From: Chrysomallon squamiferum
Taxonomy: Eukaryota > Animalia > Mollusca
Reading direction: 5' to 3'
Length of the DNA: 64,000 nt
NCBI GenBank assembly: GCA_012295275.1
Contig: CM022673.1
Span: 124,001 to 188,000 of the forward strand
Shown here: one piece after another, positions 23,778 through 37,500 of the stretch
Layout of the letters: each line of letters starts with the position of its first letter
How positions within the stretch are numbered: the first letter of the stretch is position 1
Notes under the pieces: generated by a model
The model's input: only the letters and a program-made list of their open reading frames with translations
Database searches by the model: none
Told to the model about the DNA's origin: nothing
Position numbers and translations under genes: made by a program

Positions 23778-26700
23778 TAAATAAATTCTGACTAATTTAC
23801 ATTGAACCAAATATAACCATGGTCCTGTTATTGCAATATTTATCTGTTTTACTTTGGTACAGGGTCCTAGTGCAAGTGCTTATGTAACTTACGTGAAGTC
23901 TGATGATGCTCTTAGAGCAATTTTGGCTGTTAACAATGTTCATATAGATGGGCGTACGTTGAAAGCATCACTAGGAACTACAAAATACTGCAGTCACTTC
24001 CTAAAAGGAACTCAGTGCAACAAAACGGTAAAATCTGATTGTTTACAAAATTGTAGACTTGAAATTATTAGTAATATTCCTTTCTTAATAGTTCAGGTAA
24101 AGGAAATTCATTGAATTTATTGCATACCACATACTAGAATGATTGGATCTTTAATAAAACGAAATGTGATATTTTATTTAGTTTTATTTATTACTTTACT
24201 TTTAATATAAATAGATACCAAATTATCATTTCAGGATTGTATGTATTTACATGAACTGGGAGAGGAAGCTGCTAGTTTTACCAAAGAAGAAATGCAAATG
24301 GGGTTAGTTACATTTTCTGTTGATACATTATTTCACATGATCTTCATTCAATTTTCCTGTTTTCTTTTCTTTTTTTTTTTTTTATATAAAAACATACATC
24401 ATTAGCATGCTAATATTTATTTTATTTTCATCTTACAGTAAGCATCAGGAATATGAGCAAAAACTGTTAGAACAGTTTCTAAACAGTCAGAATACTGCTA
24501 ACAATCATATGAACAGTGCAACTGTTAACCAAAAGATACAAACATCTAGGTATGTATCATAAACACTAACTGATTTAAAATTTTAAAAAGTACCATGTTT
24601 TAGCTTGAAGATATTGTTTTTGTAATTATAAAAATGATGACAGTCCAGATTTTTAACAATTTAAATGATTTCAATTAAAAAACAAGAATTTCCTATGCAT
24701 AAAAGATAGGCATGTTTAATAAATTCTGTTTGGATAATAGAAAGGAACAAATTGCAGTTTATCTTTGCTTGCCATTAATTTGTTGTTTCCATTTTAAAAA
24801 AAGAAAAGAAATAAATAATGTGGGATTCTATTAACAGGAAAAAATCAAATTCACCAACAAATGCTCAAGAAAACCAACCTGCGACTGCTGTGGTATCTGA
24901 AACACAAGAAAATATGAAGCAGCCGACTTCACACAACACTTCACATCACCCTCCTCCAAACAGTAGTAAGGATGCCTGGCCTTCACTTAATCTAGGAACT
25001 AAAGGAGAGCCCATGGCGGGCAGTGGAAATCGCACAAGTCACAATTCCTCCAATCACAGACCCAATTCACCTCACAATCAGAATCGCACAGTGGGAAACG
25101 GAAGGAAGAAAAATACAGTGGAAAATGAAATACAGTAAGTGCAACTTTTACACTTTTATTTGTTAGAGCAGTCTTAGAGAAATAAAACTGTCTGAAAAAG
25201 TTGATTGAAAGTCTGTTTTTTTATTCCATAAATAGAAGTTTGTACAGGCTTGACATTTGATAGCTCACAAGTTCAGACATTCTTGTGACACTAGAAGGGC
25301 CATTTTCCACTGAAGCCAGTGGATCCCAAGTAGTTTGTCATAAACTGTCACTTAGTAACTGTCAGTCTTGAATTGTGTTTAACATGACAATAATTGCTAT
25401 GTATATTATGGAACTGAGATTACAATTTTTTTGTGATATTTGCAGTTGTCATTTCTAATTTGACTATATTTTATGATGATTTTGTTTAAAGCAGTCATAC
25501 ACCAGATACATCTCAGGAAACATTGGACAAAAATGGAGATGATGTATCTCACGAAGAACAGAGTAATGCTTCTACAGTTCCTCGGCCTACACCTCTTTCA
25601 CAGCAACCTCCCCAAGAGCCACAACCATCACTCTTTCAGCAGGGACAGGAACAGAATCAGATTTCCAGTCAATACCCACAGTTCTCTCAGACCGATGTCC
25701 TCACACAGCAGACACAGAGCCAGCCTCCATCCCAGTTCTTACCTACTTCGTCACAGTTCCAGCAGACTCAGACGGTCTCTTCTACTCAGAGCACCCAGTC
25801 TATTCGCAAATCCCTGCTGTTTGATAACAGTGCCAACAGTCTTTCATTTTTCAGTGGAAATACATTCACAAGCAACAAGAGCACCCAACCTCCTGGGCTT
25901 CCTCCTCCTCCAGGTATTACTTTATTTTTCGGTTGTTATTTTAATACCTCTCAGAATAGGAGTTTTGTAGTCAGTTGTGTTATTGTCACAGATTGTTTAT
26001 TTTGAAACCTTACACAAATGTATTACTAAAACAGGTACCATTTATTTTTGAATAATTAAGATTATTTTGTTACATGTCTGTAGGTGTTTGGCAAAAGTTT
26101 GTCCCAGGCTGCAGTAACAGTGAATATAATATTAAATATAAAAAGTCTTATTGCATAAATACTGTATATTTTTTGAGTGGGTTGTGATGCTGCACTATAA
26201 ATAAAAATTCTTGAAAAGTAATCTAAAACATAATAATGGCTAAATTATAATGGAATGATTATCCTAATCATTTTACTTGTATTGTGAAAGAAGCAATGTC
26301 AGTTTTCATGTAAAAAAAAAAAATATTCTAAACTGTTATATCTCCCAAAATGCAGGAATGAATATGTATGTGCATTTTTTACAACGGTTCATCCATTTGG
26401 ATTTGCACTATAGACAACAAAAACCAAAAAGCCCCAAAAGGTATAAGATGGGAACATTTTTTTTACACTAAATAAAGAGTGTAATTTGCTTAATTACAAG
26501 TACAGTATATATATATATATATATATAATAATCTATGAATAAATGTTACATTTTGGGAGTGTTTCATTATTGATTTATGGTTTTTTTTTTTTTTTTTTTT
26601 TCTCTTTTTCATGTTTAATTTGAGATTTGATGTCAGAATTATTACACTTCTGCTACTGATAAAATATTTTAATATTTGTTGCTCCAAAAATAATTAATAA

Positions 26701-29700
26701 ACAAGAACAAAACAAAAAAAAAAAAAATTAAAAAAATACTAATAATAGGATGGAGCCTTTTAAACAGCATGTTACAATGTATGCCGTGTTGTGTTAATGG
26801 ACTGAAAACTTAATGTTGTGTTTACTGATTTATGGAATTGACAGAAGCAAAATTTTTGTTTCAGAATTACCTGTGACATTGCCAACCACTTCTCTAACAG
26901 ACACTATTCCTGTATCAAGTACTACTGACTGGTCAGAAGCATTTGGCTTCAAGTCAAAAGATGTTCAAGATGATGATTTAGGTGAATTAATTTGACAACA
27001 AATTTGACTTGCGTCCTTTGCATTGCTTATAAAAATAAAACAAACTATTTTTTTAATTCAAGCTTGAATAAATAACATGTTTTCTTATGTTAACAGACAT
27101 TTCAATCAAAAGATCTGAACTGTTATGGCAAGATTAAGCTATACATCATCATTCAATTATTAAAAGAATAATTACCTGCAGACTCTTCTTATTTAAAATG
27201 CTATAACATTTTAGAGATGTATTTTATTTCCTTGAGTGTGGAGTCAGTGATGCAATTTTTATTGAGGTCAGATTGTATCTAACAACATAACACTTGATTT
27301 TTTTTTTTTCATCTTGTTTGTTGTTGTTTTTACACACTCATTAATATATTAATTCATTGCTCTCTTCAGTTACAGCAGTTCATTCTTTCATTTTGTCATG
27401 TATCATGCTATCATGGTTGTTTGTCTGCCTCTTAGGTTTTGATCCATGGGATGAGTCTTTCAAAGGCCTTGCTGATCTCATTGAGAAGGAAAATGGTGTA
27501 GAGAGTACAAACCATTTCAGCCGAATGACACATGTTCCAGCCATGCACCCCAGACCACAACCTCACAGTTCTAACACCAGGAGTATACCACCGGGTTTCT
27601 CTCTGGGTCAGATTCAGCAGACACAACAGATACATCAGCAACAGGTTCCGCAGAGATATTTGAGACCAGGTAAATCAGCGTTTTTGGTTCTTCAGACAAA
27701 TTATTCACTTCTTTATTGATCCGAAATGCATTTTGGTCATTGTAGATATTACTACAAATTTGCCTTTATGAATCTGAAATGACTTTCAGTTATGTTGAAG
27801 ATAGCCAAGTTTGTTGAAGTATATCTTTAACCTTTCTAATTTTTGTCAGTTCAGTTTGTTACTGCTGCTTATTTTGAAAGAGTCAGAAGTAATGATAAAG
27901 GCATCTGCTTGTTGGATTCTGTTAATTTGTTAGGATATAAATTATCAACAGAAATAACAATTATACAAAGTTCTTGTTTCAAATGTCATCTAAATAGTTT
28001 AATATAAATTTTGTTTTATTTCAGTTCATGTGTGATATCTGATGCTTTGTATGAGATATTTATAATTAATTCAAAGAGCTTCTCTGCCAATTTAAAAAAT
28101 GTATTTATTTTTTTTTTATTTTTTTTTGCCAGACCTGAACAAGATGGATTTTTTCTCATATTCCCAACCAGGCTATTCAAATGTGCAGAATTCTTTCCAC
28201 AACCCACTACCAGACAGAACACAACCTCCTTCAAATGTATGTTGTTTAACTTTATATGTAAATATCTTCATAAATGTTCACTTTAGGTTAATTAAGAAGG
28301 ATTAGACCATGAAAGATAGATTTTTAAATAAATCAAACAAGTTATCAATTTTAAAAAAAAAAAAGTTTTCAAATAAATACTCAAAAAGCTTAAAATGTTT
28401 TATGCAGAACCCTGAATAGTAAGGAGATGTTACTACAGAAGATTCCAAGCAATTACTTTTTCCAAATTCCACTGTTTAATAGTATTTTCTTAATATTTAA
28501 TTAAGAATAAAGAGTAAATTAATAATATCTGGCACTGGTGTTGTTCATTTTGATGTTCAAAGAAAATTAAAACAGTTTAAAAAAAAAAAAAAATTATTTA
28601 TAAAAATATATCATTTGTTACTGTTTTCTCTACAGCCTCACCAACAGCATCAGGATATTTTCAGTATGAGAGATATGCAAGAACAGCTACGTTCTCTGTT
28701 ACCAAATATAAATATCAGTTTTGGTGCTCCACCCATGAGTGAATGCTCATCTCCTCAGAGGAACAAAAACACAAATAATAAAAGTGAGAATATTAATAAT
28801 TGTTTTAGACACAAGTTGATTGATGTTGCTAAATGCCTTTTTACAACAGTTTTCATTCATATATTTTCATTTACTTTAATGTTTATTTTAATGATTGTTT
28901 TTTTGTTGTTTTTTATTTTCTTAATTGCTTAAATTGCATTTAATTTTATCGATTAATTCGATTTATATAAGAAATTTACAGCGTCTTTGAAAGTAGCACG
29001 TGGTGGGTTGATATTTATGGACCATAATTTTCTTTTAATTAACTTTAAGCTTGCACATTTGACAGTTTTAGAGTACACTAAATAAATTTAATCACTTTAT
29101 CTGTCATACTACAGTGGTTTTAAATCACTTAAAGTTTAACGTAAATATCTGGCATTCAGAATTAAAACAATAAGATAATCATTCATCTGTTATTTTAAAT
29201 TTCTACTAAGTTTGATCTAACGGTCCTACTTTATCTCAGTGTTCAGGGTTTTTTGACAAAGTATTGTAATAAGAAACAAATCTGACAAATTGGTTTTTGT
29301 TTCAACAGTGAGCAAAAAAATTTTTTTTACACTTGTTTTTAATTTTTCTATTTTTCATATCACTTTCATTTCTATTTTATTTTTTTATTATTTTTTTTTT
29401 CATTTAAAAAGCCCTTACTGTGTCAGTATTTTATGTTATTTGTGGCAGTATCAGTCTATTTATTTTCTTACTGTTGTTAATGAAATTTTGTTTCACTTGT
29501 TGCATAATTCTAAAAGACTGTTTAAGTCTTGATGCTGCTGTTCTCTCTTCTTGTTAGTCTTGCATTAGTCCAGGGTTGGGGGTGAGTCCACATGCATATG
29601 AGGAAAAGTTATCCAAACTGCACTGATGTTCATAGGCATTATCACTAACAGTTGTATTTTAATGTTTTTCGTACCATTTGGCATTTCTTATCAAACTGTT

Positions 29701-31150
29701 TATAGATTTAGCCAGCTGCGAATAGTGGACCCAGAGCAGTTTCTTTTTTGTTTTGTTTTTTATAATAAGGCTCATTGATTTGTGAAACAAGCAAAATAAT
29801 GAAAATAAAAAAGAGGGAGAAAAGGAAAACAGCTGAAAAACCTTATTAATGCATTAAAATGGAATATGGAGCAAAGTATTAAAAAGAAAAAGATTTGCTG
29901 AATCAAGCTGTCTTTGATGCTTGTTTTTATTGTGTAGGTTGGTCAAATAATCGCACACAGCCAGATCACTCATGGATGGCCCATGACCCAGCAATTCTTT
30001 CTTCAGGCAACATAAAAGATGGTATGTTTGCATTTGTGTAATGGATTAATGCATCCATACACTTCTGTTGAATCATCTGATCGCCATCATCATCATTGTC
30101 ATCATCATTTTCTTCATCATTGTCATTATCATCATCATTATCATCATTATATCTCACTGGCTTTGTAAATCAGTTTCCTTTTCTTTGGTACACTGCTTCC
30201 ATCTTTCAGTTTTTAAACTTTACTTCAGGAGTAGCATAAATAACTTTCAGAAATTGGGGAAATGTTGGTTATGTATACATGAAAATCTTACTTAAATTTT
30301 GTTTTCATAGCTACAGCAATGTTTTTATTTATTTTTAATTTTTTTTAAAAAAAATTTTATTTTTATTTTTATTTATTTTTATTTTTTAAACTGAAAGTAT
30401 AAGCAGCAGTTTGATGATGGATAAATTCAGGGAACAGTAACAAATTGAAATATACTAATGTTTCTCTGTTGTTGTTTTTTTTTTTTTCCAATGGACTGAG
30501 AGAAATGTAAGATGAATTTGTTTTATAGGCACACTGCTGACTGACAGCAACCCACACTGGTTTAAGTCAATTCATCAGTTTACAGAACCAGACAGCACAA
30601 CTGCCAACCACAGATTGCCATTTGTTCAACAGTTCCCATTCTCAGCTGGAAGCTCCTGGCCCCCACAGCCTCGCAATCCACCACCAGGCTTCCAAGGTCC
30701 ACTCCAACACAGCACACAGTACCCAGAGGCCCAGACACTTTCTGAGGGTGAGTTATTTGTGCTACACTTGTTTTTCAGTGAGGCACTTATTTTCGTAGTT
30801 GTTTATAGTAATTTTCTGTAAGTAATTTGTAAGAAAAATATTTGTTTGCAGTACACACCTTTACAGTTCAAATGAAAACAATCTGTATTGTAATTTGTTG
30901 TCTGCTGCAGCTAGAAAACAGTTTAAGTAGGACAAAGTGTATTGTCATTCTATTTGTTTTGGAATTACTACAAATATTAGAAGAATCCTTTTCAAATTTT
31001 TATTATCACAGTAATCATTAATTCCGTTATTATTTTCAACTGCTGAGTATGAAGATTGTAACTTTGAACTTAAAATAATAATGAATTATTATTTTTATTT
31101 TTTTATTATTAATTAATTATTATGCTTGCTTCTTCACAGGTCTCCAGTAA
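21522..31150 (+). CDS. CNOT4: CCR4-NOT subunit 4 (RING E3 ligase, RRM, C3H1 zinc finger), ~19 coding exons
   Basis: Exons 21522-21548, 21804-21872, 22067-22132, 22421-22467, 22798-22887, 23116-23263, 23863-24027, 24235-24302, 24439-24549, 24838-25134, 25495-25913, 26865-26981, 27436-27669, 28133-28236, 28636-28783, 29938-30021, 30529-30747 and 31140-31150. They encode C4C4 RING CPLCMELLEIDDVNFFPCTCGYQICRFCWHRIRTDENGLCPACRK, RRM VRVVQRNLVFVLGL..SAYVTY, LGTTKYCSHFL..DCMYLHE, the CAF40-binding region DWSEAFGF..DDLGFDPWDESFKGLADLIEKE, and LRSLLPNINISFG. Confidence 0.96.
30085..30150. repeat. Degenerate (ATC)n microsatellite in a CNOT4 intron
   Basis: Directly visible; it produces the spurious D/N-rich and I-rich ORFs. 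Confidence 0.85.
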
Positions 31151-34100
31151 CATATAAGATATGAACTGCCAAAGTCCCAAGTCATCAGCTTTCAGAGATT
31201 GTTCTTCGGGCATCCCTCCTGCAGAATCTTTGTGAATGAGGCAGATCCTAAACAAATATGAAGATAAAACGTTTAGTCAAAAGAACATTTTTTTTCTTCT
31301 TTATTTTCATCCAGTTCAGTGTTTTCAAAAAGTTACCTGTGAACTTAATCTTAATCCTTTCTAGCAGAATAAATCAGAATTTCAACCCTAATAATATTAA
31401 GACTCCCATTTTATCTGCAGAGCAGATTATGGGATTGGAGACATATTTCTTTTTGTCATTGTGTATGTGTGTTACTTTAAGCACTGTTATGTAATGTGCT
31501 GTTTTCTTTTGGTGATTTTTGGGTGCATGCAACTTCGGTTTGCATACCACATTGCTTCGGTTGCACCATAAAATCATTTTGCCATGCTTAAATTATCACC
31601 TTAATTTCAAACTTAATTTTATTCAGAAGTATTGAGCAATCAGCTGCTTAGTTGAAACAACATGTTTTGTCAGGCACATTAATCATTTTATTCAGTTTAG
31701 TATGTTATTTCATTTTGGAAACATTAGATATGCCTGAAAGATCCATAAGCTTTGACATACATCAAGCACAAATAAAAGAGCAGTTTTTTTTTTTTTCCCC
31801 TTGCTGAAAATCAGTAATACTCACAAAAAAACATTTTGAAATATTAGTATTTCATTTGGATAAAATTTTTGGTCAACAAATTAATATTTGATAATTTTTT
31901 GTATCCTTTGTTTCCAATTAAAGAACTACTGTTGTACTAAACTATGTGCATTTTTCCATGACCTGTAGTTAAAAAAAAAAATCTCGTATTCTATACATTT
32001 TTAATAGTTTATTTATAAATTAAACAACAACAAAAAAAAAAAAAAAGATTTTGCACTGTTTCTGTTATATTTAAATGTTACTTTTAAGTTTTTCTGCTGG
32101 CATAATGATCAAGAATGGCTTCTCTGTGATTCAAGACAAGAACATATGCAATACTTGTACAAAACTAAATTGCTGTGATTTGTGCATAGCTGCAAGTGAT
32201 TTGTTTGTTACATGTATCTGAGATATTTGCACTTGCATCAAAATTAATTTAATAATAATTGAAAACTTACTTTGGAATTAACCTTCGGCACTAATAGCCT
32301 AGACTATGCGAAACAGTACCCCGTTATAAAAAAAAATAATACATTTTTTTTTTTTAAATCTTTCCTGTTCTGATCACTAAGATCTATTGAAGGCTGTAAC
32401 ATTTATTTTTATTTATTTATATATTTTATGAACATGCTTCAAAGAATGCCTAAATGTTGTGACTCTGAGAATTTTAGTTTTTCTCTTGTCATTTTGATCT
32501 GGGTTGAAAGACATTAAAAATGTACACGTGTGTTGAATATTGAATAACAAAAAAGAATCTACATTCATTTAAAATACATTTTGCTAAATTCTTTAAGACG
32601 CCAATCTTTATTTTTTTATTTTGTTTTCTTAAGTTTTTGTTTCTATTTTCAGTTCTGCCTCAGTTACAAAGATTATTTATTATTTTTATTTATTTTTTGA
32701 AAAATAAAAAATAAAAATTATTGAAGTGTGCTGTGAGAAATGGTAAACTTGCCCTTGATGCCTGCTAACATGAACTATACAATTATCATATTACTATTTG
32801 TACAATGTATCTCCAGTTACCACATATTTATCATTTTGTATCTGTTCAGGCTTCATTAGATTTTTGTGAAGAATATGTGTTTTGTCAGCATTTTTGCTGG
32901 TTAGAACAGGGTTTTTTTCTTCTAATTTTTTTAAAGGTATTTACAATATGGTCTTTTATATATTTATTTTTTATAATTATTAACATGTTCGGAATGTTAA
33001 AAATGCTTGAATCCTTCATACTGTGATGGTTTCTCATATCATATTTCAACACAAACAAATAGATGTGATAGTATGTAATTTATACTGTTCTTATTAGTCT
33101 CTTTAACCAACCCATGATCTGTGGATGCATTGAAGTATTGTCTTGTTACTTTATATTTTTTTTAAACATTAATGTACATGTGCACTTGTACGTGTATACA
33201 CATCTATATATATTTTTTAATTGGTATTCCTTTATTTTAAATTTGAAAAAATTCTTTTGTAAGTTTGAGATGGCTTTTTTTCTTCAAAAAAAAAAAAAAT
33301 GATTTATTTATTTATATATTTTAAAATAATTATTAGTAAGTTTGAAAACTGGTCATAAAAAAAATCTGTACTAGTGTTTAATATTAAAGTGCTATGGCTA
33401 TGATATAAATTGTTGCATCTCGCATGACCTATTCTGTTAAGTTAGATCTATTTCAGTTGGCATCAAGGGCAAACATCTTTAGGAAAAAAATATTTTTCTT
33501 TTCTGATCTTTTGGATCATTTGACATACAGGATCATTTAGAAATGGGATGGGTCATGTGTTTCAATCAAAGCACTTGCATTTTTGGTTGTTTTTTTTCTT
33601 CTTTTTTTTTTTTTTTGTATATTATGCATTACTGACTTAATCAGTAAATATATATGGGTACCACAGGTATTTAGCATACATTGAGAATATTTGTAATGAA
33701 TGAAATGGGGTCCTTTGAGAAAGATGGGTGTTGCCATTTCCCCTCAGTTTAATATATGATTATTTAACTTGTTTTGAGTGCTACCATGAGGCCACTTTGA
33801 TGAGCTCCTTCAAGTATCTTTATTTATGTCTTTTGTTAATGGCCAACAGCTGTGAAAGACAATTAAAATGTAAAAATATTTAAATTTGTTGTCTTGTTAA
33901 TTTAAAAATAATAACTCTATATAAAAAAATCTATAATTTTGTTGTGAATATGATGAAAAAAATCTGGCAGCTTATTTATTTATGTTTCTTTGCATTTTTT
34001 TAAAACCACCCACATACTATGTTTAATGGATTTCCTTTATACACACTAGAATTACCCATACACTAAATCTTTATTGATGCCAGCCACACACTGATTTTTT

Positions 34101-34565
34101 TTTTGCAATAGGGACTAGGCATATTCATTCATGAAATTGTTACATCGTGTACATATTTAATATTATAATTGTTTGTTTTTTTTGTTATTTTATATTCCAT
34201 GTTCATCCTACAAGTTATCACACCAGTCACACTGTCAACAGCAGTTTCTCTAGATTATCCATGTATTAAATTATTAACTTGCGTACGTACACTGGTAACA
34301 TAACAGGATAGAAACAGCATACCACATATTTTTAAACTATACTGTCATATTTTGTTATTAAGTCTGTATGGCAAAAAAACATGGATGCTATGGTGTGTTT
34401 GGAAAAAAACACCAAAACATACATTATCTAAAAAGCTGTTTAATTGGGTAAATCAATTACTGATTAATTTGTATACAAATTTTTATCTTGTATATGAAAC
34501 TGATCATACTATCATATACTTCATAAAGCCTCAAAACATTTTGTTTATCTTGGCAAGAGGTCATT

Positions 34566-37500
34566 TCAGTGAAATATATCTGGTTGAGTGTCTGTGATAT
34601 GTTTATCAGGTGATGTGCTAGCCAAACCCAACACACTATCAACTCCCTGGCTGTTGTCACTGCTGATCTCTACAGGACTCTTGTCATCTTGCATTGGGAT
34701 CTTCCATAATGAGTCTGATGCTGTTCCTTGTACTGAAATGGGTGATGAGGAATGAGACGACTGCACTTCTTCTGGTGAGGGGATTGGTGACATTTCTTCC
34801 ATCAGAACTCCTTTAGGAGAAACTGCTAGAGTGCTGATGTCTGACTGGCTGCCTGTCTTTGGGGAGAAAAAAACATTGTCTGATTTATCTTGATCGAGGA
34901 ATATTTTCGGTGATACCATAGCCGCAGTGCTCACATCTGATTGGCTGCTTGCCTTTGGAGACTGAAACAGATTTTCAGGTTTCTTGTCATCAGTTAGAAC
35001 TGATTTCGGAGATGAAAAAGGTGGAGTGCTAAAATCTGACTGACTGCCGATCTTTGGAGACTGAAACAAACTGTCAGTTTTATCATCGTCGTCAGTCAGA
35101 ACTATTTTAGGGGATGTTACAAGTAAAGAACTGCCAACTGACTGACTGCCTGTTTTAGATGACAGAAAAAGACCATCAGACTTATTGTCTATCAGTGTTA
35201 ATGCTGGATATGTTGTTGGCTGAATGCTAACTTCTGACTGGCTGACAGTTTTTGTGGATTGAAACTGGGATCCTGATTTGCCATTTGATGATTTTGGCAT
35301 GTTGAATGACACTTCTGAATGTTGCCCTGTTCTAGGAGTCTGTGTTATTTCTGGCCTAACAACATACTTGCCAGTACTGGGAGTGAACATACTAGTGTGA
35401 AGACCTGACTGGTTGTTTGATTTTGCTGACAGTGGAGGTGAACCAAACATTGCAGAGTTACCAACTCTTGGGCTCTCTGGTGTCTGAAAAAAAAAATATA
35501 TATATACACTATGATGAAAGAAAAAAATAAAGTGCACTGAAAATATCAAAACTTCCACAACTTCTTGCCAAATAATTTGTAAAATCAAATTAAAGAAATG
35601 TTATAAATGCTGATAAAATGTACTGAGACATGATGATGGGTAATAATTTTGTAGGTAATGGGAATTAAAATATTTATCATCTGAGCTAATATTTAATTTT
35701 TTCATGGTAACTATACTTATTTATTAACACACACCTGTGATGGACCTCTGCTTATAGACAATCTGTTCTGACAAAATTTCACAGCTTGTTCTATCACAGG
35801 CTGGCAAGGATCAACCTGTTAAAAATGTAAAACTTATATTCAGTTATCCACACATTATTAATCTCATATTAAGTAACTAAATTATGTAACTGATGTCCAT
35901 TTATCAGTTTGAATATATAATTATCACAAACAGCTTTACCCAAATAATGAACAAAATAAATGATTGTGTAGCTATAAGTAATGGAAATCAATTACAAATG
36001 GGTACTAAAATTATTGCTTATGTATTACTGACACTAAGAAAATGGATAAATTATTAAACAAATTAATGTTAATAATTAAAACTATATTTTTTAAATCTAA
36101 AATAATTATTATTGATATTCAAATTTTACAGCTACTTGTAATAAATAACTTTTTTAGATATCTAAAATAATACTACCATATGCTTTTACCTGCAATAATA
36201 CTATATAATACTCATTTATTTCATTATTTAAAATATTGTATTTGATCTTATAATAATAAATAATTTCATATTTGATATAATCAAGTACAATTAGTGTGCA
36301 CTTTGTTTTACTGGGGTTTTTTTTGTTATTTAAAATAATATAAATAAACAATTACATATTTGATGTATTTAAGTAGTGCTAATGTGTACTGCTCTTTTTA
36401 TTATTTAAAATAACATATTTGATCTTACAATAATATAAATAAATAAGTTTGATATTCAATCTTAATTAATATAATAGTACTAATGTATCCTGTTATTTAT
36501 TTTTTTATTATTATTTAAAGTAATATATTTGATCTTATATAATATAAAACATTAATTTTGTACTTGATATAACCTTAAATAATTAAGTAGGACTAATGTA
36601 GTTTTTCATTATTTAAAATAATACATTTGATTTTATAATAATATAAAACAATTTTGTATTTGATCTTACCATATATAATTAAGTAGTACAAATGTGTAAT
36701 GTTCTATTTTTTTTAATTTAAAAAAATAATATATTTGATCTTGAATAAATAAAAAAATATACATGAATACTATCACTATTTTTTTTTTTTTTAATAAAAC
36801 ATCTCTTACATGATCTGGACAAGCAAGCTGATAGACTACAGGGAACAGTTCGTTGGCTTTGTCCACCTGATAAACCAGTTTGTGCACACCGTGGTTCCAG
36901 ATTTTATAAACCAGCGTCAAGAATCTCAGCTGTGTTTCTTCATCATCTTCCTCATCATCCCACTCCTCAATCTTCGCAGCTACGGCATCCAGTGCGTAAC
37001 GGTACGACATCTTTGCCAGATACACTCGTTCTGCGTCCCGCAGAAACTTCCTGTAACAAATTACACTGGATAAGTGATCCAATTCACGACAACATAGAAT
37101 AACAAAATTTGTGATGATTTTTAAACCTAAGGGATTAATTTATGATGGCTGGTAAATCATTGCGACTAAAATTAAGGGTTTATTTATGTTACTGTGGTTG
37201 CATGAAAAGTATTTATGTATGTATATATATATATATATTTTTTTTTAAATATTAATTTTTATTTTTTAATGACATCTTTGTATATGTTGATTATTACTAT
37301 GACAAAAGTTTTTAGTTGTCAAACCTTTTTATGATGTTACCATATAATAAGAAGGAATCTGTCGTAGGTTTTAACCCATGAAGAGGATAGTACATACCAT
37401 AGATCTGAAATGATTTGTCAGAGCAGGATGTAATTTACTGTTTATTGGTTTCATTAGTAAATGAGGAATATTTTTGTGGGTTGGCTGCAAAGTTGTTTTT

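Noticed and set aside
26084-26119. Possible 30/36-nt in-frame cassette exon in CNOT4
   Set aside because: Weak pyrimidine tract and donors and no recognisable homology; it cannot be supported without reads.
36177-36189. Possible 13-nt microexon GTAAAAGCATATG (-) in CABIN1
   Set aside because: It would frameshift, the flanking exons already join in phase 0 (CPDH|VDPCQ), and it lies at the edge of a degenerate repeat.
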